Shown here: positions 20,898 to 32,559 of the stretch, piece after piece
Layout: the number at the start of each line of letters is the position of its first letter
Position numbering within the stretch: the first letter of the stretch is position 1
DNA from: Pelomyxa schiedti
Taxonomy: Eukaryota > Protista > Evosea
DNA length: 40,942 nt
Assembly (NCBI GenBank): GCA_020536535.1
Contig: JAHLWZ010000936.1
Span: forward strand, 1-40,942
Direction of reading: 5' to 3'
Notes under the pieces: generated by a model
The model's database searches: none
Told to the model about the DNA's origin: nothing
What the model saw: only the letters and a program-made list of their open reading frames with translations
Program-made: the position numbers and the translations under genes

Positions 20898-23129
20898 ATG
20901 AAGCAAGGGGCACGGCTGCGTACTGCCAACAACAGCGACAACACAGCACCACAAGGGAAGGTGGCTGGTGAGATCTCTAGGCAGATGCTGGTGTCGCGAG
21001 TGGTTTGGGACCACATCATCGAGCCTGCGCTGGTGCGCGTCCCCCTGCTTCGCGGCGAGCCTCTCGAGCTCAGGGACTGCGTGTGGGCGCTCGGGGTGGC
21101 CGATGCGCTGTTCCCGCTGGTGCCCCGCGCCTGCCGCCTCGTCGCGGGCGCGTGGGTGCGCTGCAGCGACATGTGGCACCCCGACGCGGGGGCGACGCCC
21201 ACGTCGCGGTACTTTGTGCTGAAGTGTGCGGGGGCGGCCGGGAGCGGGAGGTGTATCTTCTGGGTGCTGAGGAACAAGGGGACGAGGAACAACAGGAAGG
21301 AGTGCCTTGCCGTGCTCAGGGGACTGTGCTTGGGTACGCCTTTATTCTTTTTTGTGCCTATGCGAGTGGCTGTCATTCAACACTTTTTTTTTTTTTTTTC
21401 CCTCAAGGAGGGCACATTGAGATGGCAGAGCAGCTAGTTGAGAGTGGCGATACACCGTGGGTTGGTTGCAGTCTCCTGCGGTGGCCTGTCAATGAGTCTG
21501 ACCTGATTGATGACATCAGGGAGATGGCTCACAATGAAACGATTGGACACAGCTTGTTGTATGATGCATGCAGGGGAGGGCACCTGGATGTTGTCAAGTG
21601 GGTGATGTCGAAGTTCAATGGTGTTGGGACTGAGCCTTGGGAGCTCCCAATGCCATTTCGTGCTGCCGTCAAGTTCGCCCACTTGGATGTGGTGAAGTGG
21701 CTGGTGAATTCAACTGATGTTGTGAATGCTTGTGAAGATCAGTGCATCTATACGGATGATGAATATTGTGACTTTGATGACTTCATTTCCAGTCCAAGCC
21801 TGGAAGTTGTGAAGCTTTGCACTGAGCTGTTCTTTGGTCACAAAGAGAGAATCTCATCATCTTATGGACATTCGGTACTGACACACTTTGCAGATCACTG
21901 CTCAGAGGAAAGCTCGCTTGTGGAGGGATGCAACTGGATCATCTACCGTTTTTCAGTGACAACCCCCCCTGAGCTTTGCAAACTCACAAATGCCATGGGA
22001 TTCAAGTGGATGATATTAAGATTCTCCCTTGAACCATCACAAGGTGATCTGCGTCATGCATGTGCGGCCATTGCGGATGATGAACTCGTTAAGTGGTTGA
22101 TAATGAACTTCTTTGACCACGTCGGTGCTGTGGAACCAACCACATTCATCAGTGCATGTGGCAACATAAAAGACACTGTGTCTGTGCCACAATGCCTGTT
22201 ACCCAATGTGACACTGCCCCTCAGCTCAGATGATCTGAGGGAGTGCCTTCTTAATGCTCTTTCCTGCAACAACACAGCAATTGCAGACTGGTTGGAAATG
22301 AAATTTCATGTGATGTCTCATGTGAATGCAATTCCCAGTGTTACAGACGGAACTTTCAGGGCAATCTTCTATCACTACAGTGTTGGACTTGGGGGTTTTC
22401 AGTGGTTCCTTGACAAATGTACGATTAGCAACATCACTGAAGGGTCTGTGAATGGAGTGGTTAATGACGCTCTGGCGGGAGCAAAAATCACCCTTGCTGA
22501 GTTACTGCAGAATACATTTGATGTTCCAGACAGATTTTATTTCATGTCCAAACCTGAGCAAGTTGCAGCTGTTAAACATGCTGTTTCAGGAGGGGATCTT
22601 GCCAGAGCCAAGGAAATTGTCTCACGCAACATCTCTTTGGATGCCGTTATTGAGTGTCTGTCAACCAGTTACGATGTTCAGTCAGGGAAAGTTGTCAAGT
22701 GGTTCGTTCAACAACTTCACATGAACAAACAACAGGTCACGAGGAACGACAACAATTTGCTGAGGAGGTTGATAGAATCCAACAAAAAAGGTTGCGCCGA
22801 GTGGCTTATTCACAAATTCCATGTGACTTTGACAGAGGTATACATGGTACAACTTCACAACAACTAACTAACCCGAAAAAAAAAAAAAGGTTCTCCCCAT
22901 CCTGGAAGACAGTTCGCTTCAGCAAGTGGGAACGTGGAAGATGTTACTGCGTGTGTTTCCGGAAATCACAGGCTCGTTGGCCCTGACGTCAGGCAACTTG
23001 AGGAGCTTTGTGGTTGCATCACACCTTCACATCAATGTCTCAAAGAAGATACTGGGGCTCACAGACACAGACATTGACCCAGAAACACTTACAGCTGCCT
23101 TGTGGTTGCATGTCTGGATTATGGTATAA
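20898..23129 (+). CDS. Ankyrin-like repeat protein, paralogue of 479..2671; 3 exons (20898-21333, 21408-22837, 22890-23129)
   Basis: Introns at 21334-21407 and 22838-22889, in the same positions as the paralogue. Shared blocks 'VSRVVWDH', 'LFPLVPRACRL', 'NNRKECLAVLRGLC', 'GVGTEPWELPMPF' and 'VQSGKVVKW'. Confidence 0.85.
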
Positions 23130-23295
23130 CTGACCAGAAACATGTGCTTTTTCATTTTTCTTTTCCACCACACAGTTTATTTATTAACAGTTGTCCATCC
23201 ATGTCCATGTCAATGCAACTGCAAAAAGAGGTTATTACAAGTCACCAACCAATGACCGCACACATACTACGGCGGATCATTCCCTTCCCATCCCA

Positions 23296-23523
23296 TCACT
23301 TCAAACAGGCAATGAAGTCGCCATCGGCCCAGAACAGGGAGTCCTCAGGGCCGCGGTACTCGAAGCAGCAGCACCTCGTCCAGGAGCCGTGGCCGGGCAG
23401 GGGCGCGCACATGGCCAGCCACGACGCGCTGCACACGAGCCCGCGAAGCACGCGGTTCCACGCCGGGCTCAGCGTGTAGCAGCACCCGTCCTCGTCCGCA
23501 ACGTGGCAACAACAGCACTGCAT
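23296..23523 (-). CDS. Small cysteine-rich protein (about 75 aa; possibly extended to 23152 through an intron at 23299-23219)
   Basis: ATG ORF 'MQCCCCHVADEDGCCYTLSPAW...TRCCCFEYRGPEDSLFWADGDFIACLK' lying in a GC3-rich island between AT-rich flanks. Confidence 0.55.
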   Translation of the reverse strand: MQCCCCHVADEDGCCYTLSPAWNRVLRGLVCSASWLAMCAPLPGHGSWTRCCCFEYRGPEDSLFWADGDFIACLK

Positions 23524-23671
23524 GTCCGCGCGTGTGTCTCTGTGTGATTGATTGGGAATATTTGATTTTACCGGTTGGATCTGGTAAACGGCCTTGGTTT
23601 TGATCAAATAAACAGGAGCATTATTCAAGGAAAGCCGGTTCAAAGCCAAGGAGTAAGGGTGATTTGTGGGG

Positions 23672-24568
23672 TTATTGAGATGAACGCGATGATGGGGGGA
23701 ATTGAGTACTACCCCAGAGGGAATTCCTGAGAGCCTGCTGAGCAACCCTCGTTGATTCGAGGTGGTGGCCCCATTGGGCCAGTTGCCGGGCAAAAGAGAG
23801 GCTGGGGAAAGATGTTGCGTGCTCCCTCTGAACTGCCCTCAGGGCCGGGAGCCAGTCCATGGAGAGTGCATACATCACAAACGCGGTCACGATGGTCACA
23901 CTGCGGCTCATTCCAAGGTGACAGTGCACAAGAACTCCTCCTCTTCCTCCTCCAGCAGAGGCTTTTTGGTTGAGTGAGATTTATGGGTGGAAGGGGATTG
24001 AATATTTACCGGATGTTGAGTGCATGTAAACCGGCCTGCGGAATGGTGGTTTTGGGCTGTTTAGCATGTTTCTGGCATGCCGGTTACGCAGGACCTTGGA
24101 AATGAATTCAATAGCTGCCGGAAAGTGTTCTCCAATATTCACTGACTGATCATCACTTATCCTAGAAGGAATGTTGTTGTTAATTAATATTAATAATAAT
24201 AATTAGAAGGGGAAATTGGAAGCTACTGTATTGTTTCCACTGTGATGTTTCTTGGGAAACGTGAGCGAAAATCGGGATAATTAACCAGCTCCAGTACTGA
24301 TAGCACGTGGCTGATCCCAAGGGACTCTAGTACCTAGCTCTGTTAGCTTTGTGTTTTATTTGTTCCGTACAAATTCATGTATTAAATTATAATAAACAGC
24401 GTGAACCTTGGTGTCAAAGGCACCCTCCAGGTCGCTGATGTAAAGTCCGTCAAGAATGCAGCTAATTGTGTGTGTTTGTGCTGGGATCCACCTGTTGGTA
24501 TCACGGTCAAACTTAAAGTGCTCATGGAAGTGTGGTGGCTCGATGAGTTCGGGCATTACAGTCTCCAT
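23672..24568 (-). CDS. Dual-specificity protein phosphatase (copy A), multi-exon
   Basis: 'ISCILDGLYISDLEGA', 'LGISHVLSV', 'ISDDQSVNIGEHFPAAIEFI' and the catalytic loop 'VLVHCHLGMSRSVTIVTAFVM'. Confidence 0.9.
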
Positions 24569-25407
24569 CACTATCAGAACTAAGTTATCAGCAAATTCTT
24601 TTTCGTGTCGGGAAATGCGTTCTTTAGTATAAAGAGCAAATACGGCTATTGGTTTAACATGTCTAATGCAGGAAAAGAAGTAGAGATACAAGTGAAATTG
24701 CACTGTTACTGTACATTTAAGTGCTGTGAAAAAATACTCCCCTAAAAGAAGGGATCAACTATTTCAAAACGAGCCACCTGGTCACTTTCGACCAAAAAAG
24801 CATCACCGAGCTCGGTGGGTAGCGTGGGAACACTTCTGCTCCACAGTTTCACGCGCTACTCCCTTATGGGAGTCGACAATCGACAACACGGTGCAGGAAA
24901 AGCGTCACGGATTACGATGTTCAGTTCCTTGAAACAGGGTCATTTTATTTGAAATCACAAATAAAACCAAAACCAACAAAAATTGCCAGAGTCACCTTCA
25001 CATAGTGATCATCCATCATCCTTCAGTTGTGTCAGTGTGCAGGTGTTGTGGCTTCTGGCTGTGGTTTGGAACAGTTGGTGATGATGTGGCCCTATTGTTA
25101 TTCAGGAGTACTGGTTGGGACCGGGATTGTGCTGAGTGTGGTCGGGAGTGCAATGAAGATGGAGAAGAGGAACTACCCCAGAGAGAATTCCTGAGAGCCT
25201 GCTGAGCAATCCTCGTTGATTCGAGGTGGTGGCCCCATTGGGCCAGTTGCCGGGCGAATGAGAGGCTGGGGAAAGATGTTGGGTGCTCCCTCTGAACTGC
25301 CCTCAGGGCCGGGAGCCAGTCCATGGAGAGTGCATACATCACAAACGCGGTCACGATGGTCACACTGCGGCTCATTCCAAGGTGACAGTGCACAAGAACT
25401 CCTCCTC
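23709..25407. repeat. Direct repeat of about 235 nt (23709-23943 vs 25173-25407) covering the DUSP catalytic region
   Basis: Manual alignment shows 5 mismatches. Confidence 0.9.
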
Positions 25408-26058
25408 CAGTGGTACAGGGATTGTTGTTGCTGTAATTGGAATGAACTATGTAGTCCGTGGGAGGAGATGGAGAATTTGATGATGCGGTGGTGTTGGCAG
25501 TGGTGCAAGTGGTAAGGGGGAGAGAGGGCTGCTGTACTTGTAATTGTGGGAGGGAATGGATTGAATTCGGAACCTTGTGCCTGTTTTTTCGCGTGTGCCG
25601 GTCGCGAAGCGCCTTGGAAATGAAGTCAATAGCTGCCGGAAAGTATTGTACAATGTTCACAGATGGATCGTCTGGAATCCTTGGGGGAAGTAAATACGGA
25701 ATTATTAATACAACGAGGGGAAAAACGTTTACTGAATTGTTTGAAGTGTTACGCCGCATGGAAACCGCGAAGGAAAATCGGCAATACCCTCGGTTTGCAA
25801 CACTGAAAGGACGTGAGTAATCCCGAGTGCTTCCAGCAGCTGTCATCGCTAATTAGCAAACCCGAATGTTTGTTTATTGCGGGAGTGAAAAGTAACCTGT
25901 GTGTCGAACGCGCCTTCAAGGTCGCCAATGTAAAGTCCAGCAAGTACGCAGTCGACGGTGTGGGTCTTGGCTGGTGCCCACCTTTTAGTTATGGGATCCA
26001 ATTTGAAGTAGTCGTGGAGCCTCGGTGGGACAATCAGTTCTTGTCTCACCGCTTCCAT
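25016..26058 (-). CDS. Dual-specificity protein phosphatase (copy B), tandem paralogue
   Basis: 'VDCVLAGLYIGDLEGA', 'IPDDPSVNIVQYFPAAIDFI', 'VLVHCHLGMSRS'. Confidence 0.9.
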
Positions 26059-26852
26059 TTCGTACTCTTAAGCTGTCACCAATTTGCTGAGTATGATGAT
26101 ACTCACCAAAAGTTGGTTTGTGATTGTATTGTTAGTTGAAAAGCTGCTTACTCCAAATGGAGAAGCAGTATTTGTGGCTTCTATACGGGGGCGCTGAACA
26201 TTAGATAGAACGAAATCCACGGTCACCAGATAGAAGTTCTGGAACAAACCAAAGCGGAGAAGGTGAAACGTCTTGCTTGGGTGGATTGCTCCATGCAACA
26301 ACAAAACGTAACACCACAAGCGAAGTTTCAAAGGTTAAATGTTCGATCACCTCTTACGTAAGAGATGATCGAGATAGGGATACATCCGTTTCAAAAAGAT
26401 ACAGGGCAAAAAAGTGAGTGACGCGGTCCTTGTGTTTTGTTTGGTTAACAACAAAAAAAAAAAAAAACGAAGCTATGAAGGCCCTTAAGGAATATGTTAT
26501 ACATTTGCTTTGACGTTAAAGCTTATTGACCCGCTAGTAAATCAATAACTCACTCCCCTAAGACTAAACCAAGCTCTGCCAGTGAACTTACTAATACTCC
26601 AACACAGCAACAAACGCACCAACAACTCCCTTCATTTTGCCTCTAACAAAACCAAACAACAACCCCAAAGAAAACTCTCTGACAGAACCAAAATCAATGA
26701 TTCAAAAATGAACAAAAATCATTCTGATCAACACACAGAAGAACACAAGATTCAGTGCCAACACTGAAGTGGGCTCCCAACTGACACACAATCAACAGCC
26801 ACAACAACAAAACAAGTCCTATCGACGCCATCGTCAATTGTCGCTGCAGGCG

Positions 26853-27913
26853 ATGCCATCATTATCTACACTTTTTGGAGCCGAGTGTGACCAAGTGTGG
26901 GTCGTGAGAGCGGCTTCATTCTTGGATGTCACTTCACTGTGCTCGTATGCGTTATCAGTTGGTTACTAACAAAAACCGGAAAAAACCGTGTATACGTGCA
27001 GGTGCTTTCGTGTCTGTAAGAAGTGGAAGGAATGGTTCGATGTTAATAGGGAGTCATTGTTTGAATCCGCTTTCAAAATGAGGTAAGTACTTGATTGCCG
27101 AGGTTACGGCCCTGACCTTTTTCTTACAGTTTTCCCAAGTGGACCGCAGTCGGGTTGGACCACACCAAACTCATGTACGGAAATGACCTATGTGGGTCTT
27201 GGTATGCCCTGTGCAAATTGGTAAGAACGCTTGTTTATTTTTCCCTCTCTCATTCCCGGCTTAGAGATACGTAATGGAAAAATATCTTCCCGAACGCTCT
27301 TCGTCCCTACTGGCACCAAGCTCTTTGGACGGGCCTACATTTTGGGACTGTACACTACGCGTTTTAGTTTGGAATAGTATCCTTGCCGCACAGCTCCGCG
27401 ACGATTGCATAGGTCAAGTTATATTATTTGGTTACATTAAAATAGAAGTATCTCTAAGAACAAAAACGAAAAACCAACAAAAAAACAGTTCTGGGACACA
27501 TACTGGAGATTGGGACAATGCGGAACCAGTGGACCAGGACCGTGGACCAGTTATACATGCGTGAGCTTCCATCACTGTCATTATGGGAGGAGTACGCACG
27601 GCGCGGTCCCATCACCCCCACAATCACGCAGTGGCTGGTCGACGCCTGCCACTTCTGCGGCAGCGGCCTAGCTCTTGGGCGGTTCCTCAACCGCCACCCC
27701 GAGTCTATCCCCCACGCCCGCGAGATTATGGGAACCCTCACAACCACAGAGGGAGCACAACAACAGACACCAACAACGTCCACAACCACAACAGAAGCAA
27801 CTGCAACAACCACGAATAGTGATTCACAACCGGGGAGTGACATCACTGCACACAGCAAAGTGACATTCCTACGTGGCATTTTGGATCAAATCCAAGAAGG
27901 CACCAGGCTCTAA
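26853..27913 (+). CDS. F-box domain protein, multi-exon
   Basis: Spliced N-terminus 'VVRAASFLDVTSLCS/CFRVCKKWKEWF' fits the F-box consensus (FLDxxSLxxxxRVCKxW). Short GT-AG introns. The last exon ends 'EGTRL*'. Start uncertain. Confidence 0.65.
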
Positions 27914-28634
27914 AGATTGTGGTGGGAATAACCAGCGGGAGAAGAAAATAAACAAGTAATTTCATGTCTATTTTATTACTTCAACAACAGGATGTGTGAC
28001 TTGGTCTCCCATTGTGACGCTTCTGGTCATAGTGCCCACAATGAGAATCATTGTGCGTCCTTCAAAGAGGAACAGCAACGTCCCAGAATCACAACATCAT
28101 ACACGTCTTTTTTTTTCGTTTTTGTGCAGGATGGGGACAATCAGCAGGGCAATACTGTCACACTCCTCCGATCGTCCTACTACTTCGAACGTTTGACAAC
28201 TGAGTGACAGGTGCCAAACACGCTGCCATTTCATTTTTTTTTAATAAAAAACGAGATCCCCCTGGGCACACAACGAAGCCGTTCCACGACGACCCACGTC
28301 CGGTGATAAGGAAGCAAGGAGGAACGAGGTGTGTGATGACCCTCACATCTGATGATGATGTGAGGGTCTCTCAGAAACATCTGATGTGGGGGTAGTGGTT
28401 GTTGCGGTGGCCAGTGTGAGGTGCTTCAAATCTCGTTACCCCGACTTCAGGAATCCACGCGTTTGGATTATCGTATTGAACAACAACTGCTTCAAAAATA
28501 ACCATGGCTAAGATAGTTTCCAATTCTTTTTTTTAATTAACTTCGGAATCTTGGTCGTGTTGTCTTGCCTCCGTTCATTTGACTGAGAACACCTCAGGAT
28601 TATATTTACAGAGTAGATTGATTATCCATATTGA

Positions 28635-28764
28635 TTAGATTCTATCCTTTATCTTGACTGTATCGATTACAGAGTATATTCTATACTCTGTATATCCTGG
28701 TTGGTAATAGATTTATCTTATACATTACGTTTATTTTAGATTCTATCCTTTATCTTGACTGTAT
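28635..28764. repeat. 29-nt exact direct repeat enclosing a perfect hairpin, in an AT-rich intergenic island
   Basis: ttagattctatcctttatcttgactgtat at 28635-28663 and 28736-28764. tacagagtata-ttc-tatactctgta at 28668-28692. Confidence 0.85.
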
Positions 28765-28893
28765 AGAATACATCCTGGTTTTAACTATCTTGTACAAGAC
28801 TTGCGGCCAGTGCTGCTCTTGCTGCTGTGCTCGATCACTTATGTGATTTCCAACCACCAGCCACCACTTGTTGTTTGTTGTGCTGCTTGCTGT

Positions 28894-31800
28894 ATGTCTC
28901 TCACGACACGACACCACCCGCCTGTGTCTGTCTGTCTTCTGTCTTGTGTGCTTTTTTTTTACTTATTTTTGTGTGTCATAAGATCAAACATAACAAGGGC
29001 AAAATTGTGTCTTGGGAAAAGCAAATTTTTGGCTCATTTTTTTCCCAGAGGCGCAGCCGCTCTTGAGTTCCCGAATTCCCTGAATCGCTCAGCGACCTCG
29101 GAACGAAGACCTAGAACCGATTCGGCCATTCCATTGGATTCCCGAGCACCCTCCAACCCACAACAAGTCTGATTGCAGATCAGCGTAGAAACGAAAAACA
29201 ATAATTTTGGGAGTAAAGGGGGGGAATGCGGGGACTGTGGGGGCTTGTGCGGTCAGCGTCCTCTGACCAACTTATGGTTTTGTGTTCATTAAATTGATGA
29301 CGTCGTTGTTGCTCTTTTTTTTTGTTTTTTTTTCCCCGTCTTATCGTATCGTTCTGCTGAATTAAATGAAGAAGTTATATAACATTATTTTTCTGGCATT
29401 TACCCCTTTTTTTGTTTTTGGGGGGAAATTATTATATAGGCGGCAGTGAGAGAAAAGGAAAGCCCAAATCACACAACAGCCAATACAGGTGCACACCTAC
29501 TACTGCCTCCTGGTTCATCCCAGAGGCAAACCACACAAGCACAGCCACAATCACAAACGCAAACACAACAACAGGCACACCAGCAGCCAGCTTCTCTGGC
29601 ATTTCCACCCCCTTCCTCTGTTAGCCTTAGTTCCACTTCTAGTGCTTCTACTACTAGTAGTACTACTTTGCCTTCTTCGTCTGCGGTACCAAAATTACCG
29701 TACTTATTACCCTCGTCAACATCCACCACACAAAATGCCTCCTCTACACAAAGCACGGCTCCACAGCTCCCCAGTCTCTCGAAGTCTACTATTGTGTCTT
29801 CATCACAACCACTTACGCAGAGTAACTTAGTATGTACTATTCAAACATGGACTATTATGTGACATTATGTTCAGCCTGGCAGAAGATATGCCTCTGATGA
29901 CAGTGTTGTGTCTACATTATCACATCAGATTTCTATTTCACCCTCAATGACAAGATCATCTACCACACCAGCCCTATCCCAGGCCGCTTCAGGGAATGTG
30001 AGTAACTCATCAACACCCACAATGAGTAGTGCTCCATTTGGGCGCACAACATCACTTCCAGTTCCCTCCTCACAACCAACTCCAACATCACCCACTCCCC
30101 GCACAAGCCCTGCTTCTCAACAGCCCAGAGAAATTGACTTTCAGTTCACCCCAGTGAAGATATCCGCTCTCGACACATTAGCTCGATCCTTTGAACCAGA
30201 TGAAGATGATCCCTCCCCACGGTAGGGACCCTTTTCCAATTAAGGTTCTTACTCCTATCAGTCGGCAACCGTACACTGAATTAGGGAAAATGCACGCGGG
30301 CGCTCTTATGCATGCCAAGACTTTAGGTCAGAAGGTGGAAAAAAGTTATTTTGCCTTTCCAGTTAATTGTCGTTAGGAACCAAGTGCAAGCCCCGAATCA
30401 TTGTCACCCCCTGGTATGCAAGTACCCCAGCAGGCCCAGGACTCACAAGATTTACCCCCTCAAACTATACAAAAGCAATTACTCTTGGGGCAACCACAAC
30501 CACCCCTTCCACAACTGCCGCTGCGACAAGTTCAAGCACAGCCATCTCTACTCCAGCAGCAATTGTCAAAGCCAGAAAAGGCTCCAGTACAATCTCAAAC
30601 ACACGGACCAATACTTCCGCAATCTTTGCGAACCAGTCTTCCTGCTCCAGGACAGACAATGCCTCCACTTCAGCAAAAGATATCACTCCACACAGAAGAA
30701 GCGCAAAAAACACCTCTCAAAACACGACAAGATCAATCACTTCAAGCAACAGAGCCGAACAAAACACCAACCACGCCGCAAACTCCTACATCAACTCAGC
30801 AGCATTACCAGCCAACAACACCCCAAACTCCCATTCAACAACTTCCAACTCCAAGATCTCTCCGCGACGTCAAGACTAAATCTCATTCTACCACTCACCT
30901 CCCTGTACCATTCATTGATGTGGACTTGATGGCTCAGGAGCAGCTAACAAACTTGGTATCTCCAAAACCCGAATTTATTTGTTCTGAAAGCTACAGAAAC
31001 TTGAGAGGGAATGGTTTGCACGCTGCGACGTTGTGCCATCTGTGTCTGCGATTCTTGCAATGTTGAGGGTATGGTCCCGGCTGAAGAACAAGTGCAATCA
31101 GTTAAATGTTGCCTTGATAGGAATGCAGAAAGTGCTTGGCGACAAATGAATATCTTCAAAGATGCAACGGTAATGATTTTATCCTTCAGTTGTACCAATT
31201 CCGAATACATTAGAGTTTCCAAGGAAGACTCGAGTGACATCTTTTGATAGTCAAGAGTGTGCCAACCCCCAATTGTGTGTCTAAAATCTCTTAAACAACA
31301 CAGTGGAGTCTTGCGAGGATTTGTGGGAATTGATGGCTGGACTGTAAATAAAGCTGTAAGTACTTGCCATGTGTCTATGTGAAATTCTGAGGACCAAGTA
31401 GGATATCAATATATCTCCCACCAAAGGAAAGCAAATAAAAAGTGGCATTACCAAATCTCCTTGGTATTTGAAACAGGTTTGGAAAAAGTCTAACAACCTT
31501 GTCTAACTTAAATTCAGGTACAAGACGCCTTCGAATTTCTTGGAAGTGCAATTGATGACCACCTGATCACTATTACGCAACCCTCAATGAATCTCGTTTT
31601 AGTACGCTGCCTCCCTTGATTTTTCTTTTTGTAATATAGTCACACAAGGTCTATCAAACATTGTGCCGCGTTCTAGAGCAGGTTGTAAGGGCCTGGGAAC
31701 TTCTGACACATCAGGTTACTGATGCCTCTTTTCCTGCGTTCATTCCGAGCACTACTGTTCTTGAACCACCACTGGGAGAGGATACGTTAATAGAATTCGG

Positions 31801-32340
31801 CGTACTGGGCGGTGAAGTAACTTTGAAACTGTGAGTAACTTGTCGACGATGAACTTGTTCTCTTACATTCCACACAAGATTCTGTCTGCATGTTGAATGG
31901 GCACAAAAAAAAAGGTAAACCCTCTTCAAACAAGTGTCAACCCTTACAACAAGCAGGGTTTCTCAATGGGGCACCGGTAAGAGCGGAATGGGCCGGCTCG
32001 AAAACAATACCACCGCACTTGTAAATGGAGTCTGGTGTAAATCCTAGTAATGTCCCCCTTCTCAAATCACCCGAATTCACCTAAACCCAACAACAACAAA
32101 ACAACAACAACAAGCAACACAACGAAGCACCGGTAATCAACGAACCAACCCACTAACCGAGCTCTTCCCATACACATACACACACACAGCCAATACCAGG
32201 AGTGCACAGTGTCAGTGATCAGTAGCCATGAACTGCACATATGTGTACCCTCACTAACCAAGGCATACAACACACTGTGCCGTGCCCTGGGTGACCTCAC
32301 TGCCTTCGTGGAAAGGGTCGCTCCCCTAATTCAGTCCTAG
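28894..32340 (+). CDS. ROGDI: Rogdi/RAVE subunit 2 (Rav2)-like protein with a long S/T/P/Q-rich N-terminal extension, multi-exon
   Basis: The spliced C-terminal part 'LEREWFARCDVVPSVSAILAML...GVLRGFVGIDGWTVNKADINI...PWYLKQVQDAFEFL...VLEQVVRAWELLT...LEPPLGEDTLIEFGVLGGEVTLKLFCLH...VISSHELHICVPSLTKAYNTL' follows the Rogdi motif order as I recall it (WxLxQIQDA, FxPxLPxDLLV). The start is uncertain. Confidence 0.7.
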
Positions 32341-32559
32341 CTCTTGCTGCTCCACCACCAAGTACAAACCCGTCTGCTTGCATTCGTTCACGACGATCAA
32401 TTTTCTTTTCCCCGAAATTTCGTTCGTTGTTGTTGCTACTTGTACTGCGATGGTTGGGAGTGGGAACACTTTTGGTTTTTGGCTTTATAAGAGCAAATAA
32501 CCAGCCCCAATAACATATTTCATAAATAAATTAAATAAAGAAAAGCAGAAAGTAATAAC

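Noticed and set aside
23240-23298. Selenocysteine read-through of the TGA in the small Cys-rich ORF
   Set aside because: The downstream hairpin lacks the SECIS apical AA and GA quartet. A normal stop or an intron explains the sequence.
28395-28460. tRNA-Sec-like 'CTTCAAA' loop
   Set aside because: No proper anticodon stem, T-loop or acceptor stem could be built.
28635-28764. CRISPR-like 29-nt repeat
   Set aside because: Only two copies, a 72-nt spacer with internal self-similarity, no cas genes, and a eukaryotic context.
31011-31070. PHD/zinc-finger-like 'CTLRRCAICVCDSC'
   Set aside because: It is an alternative frame of the Rogdi-like exon ('EWFARCDVVPSVSAIL').
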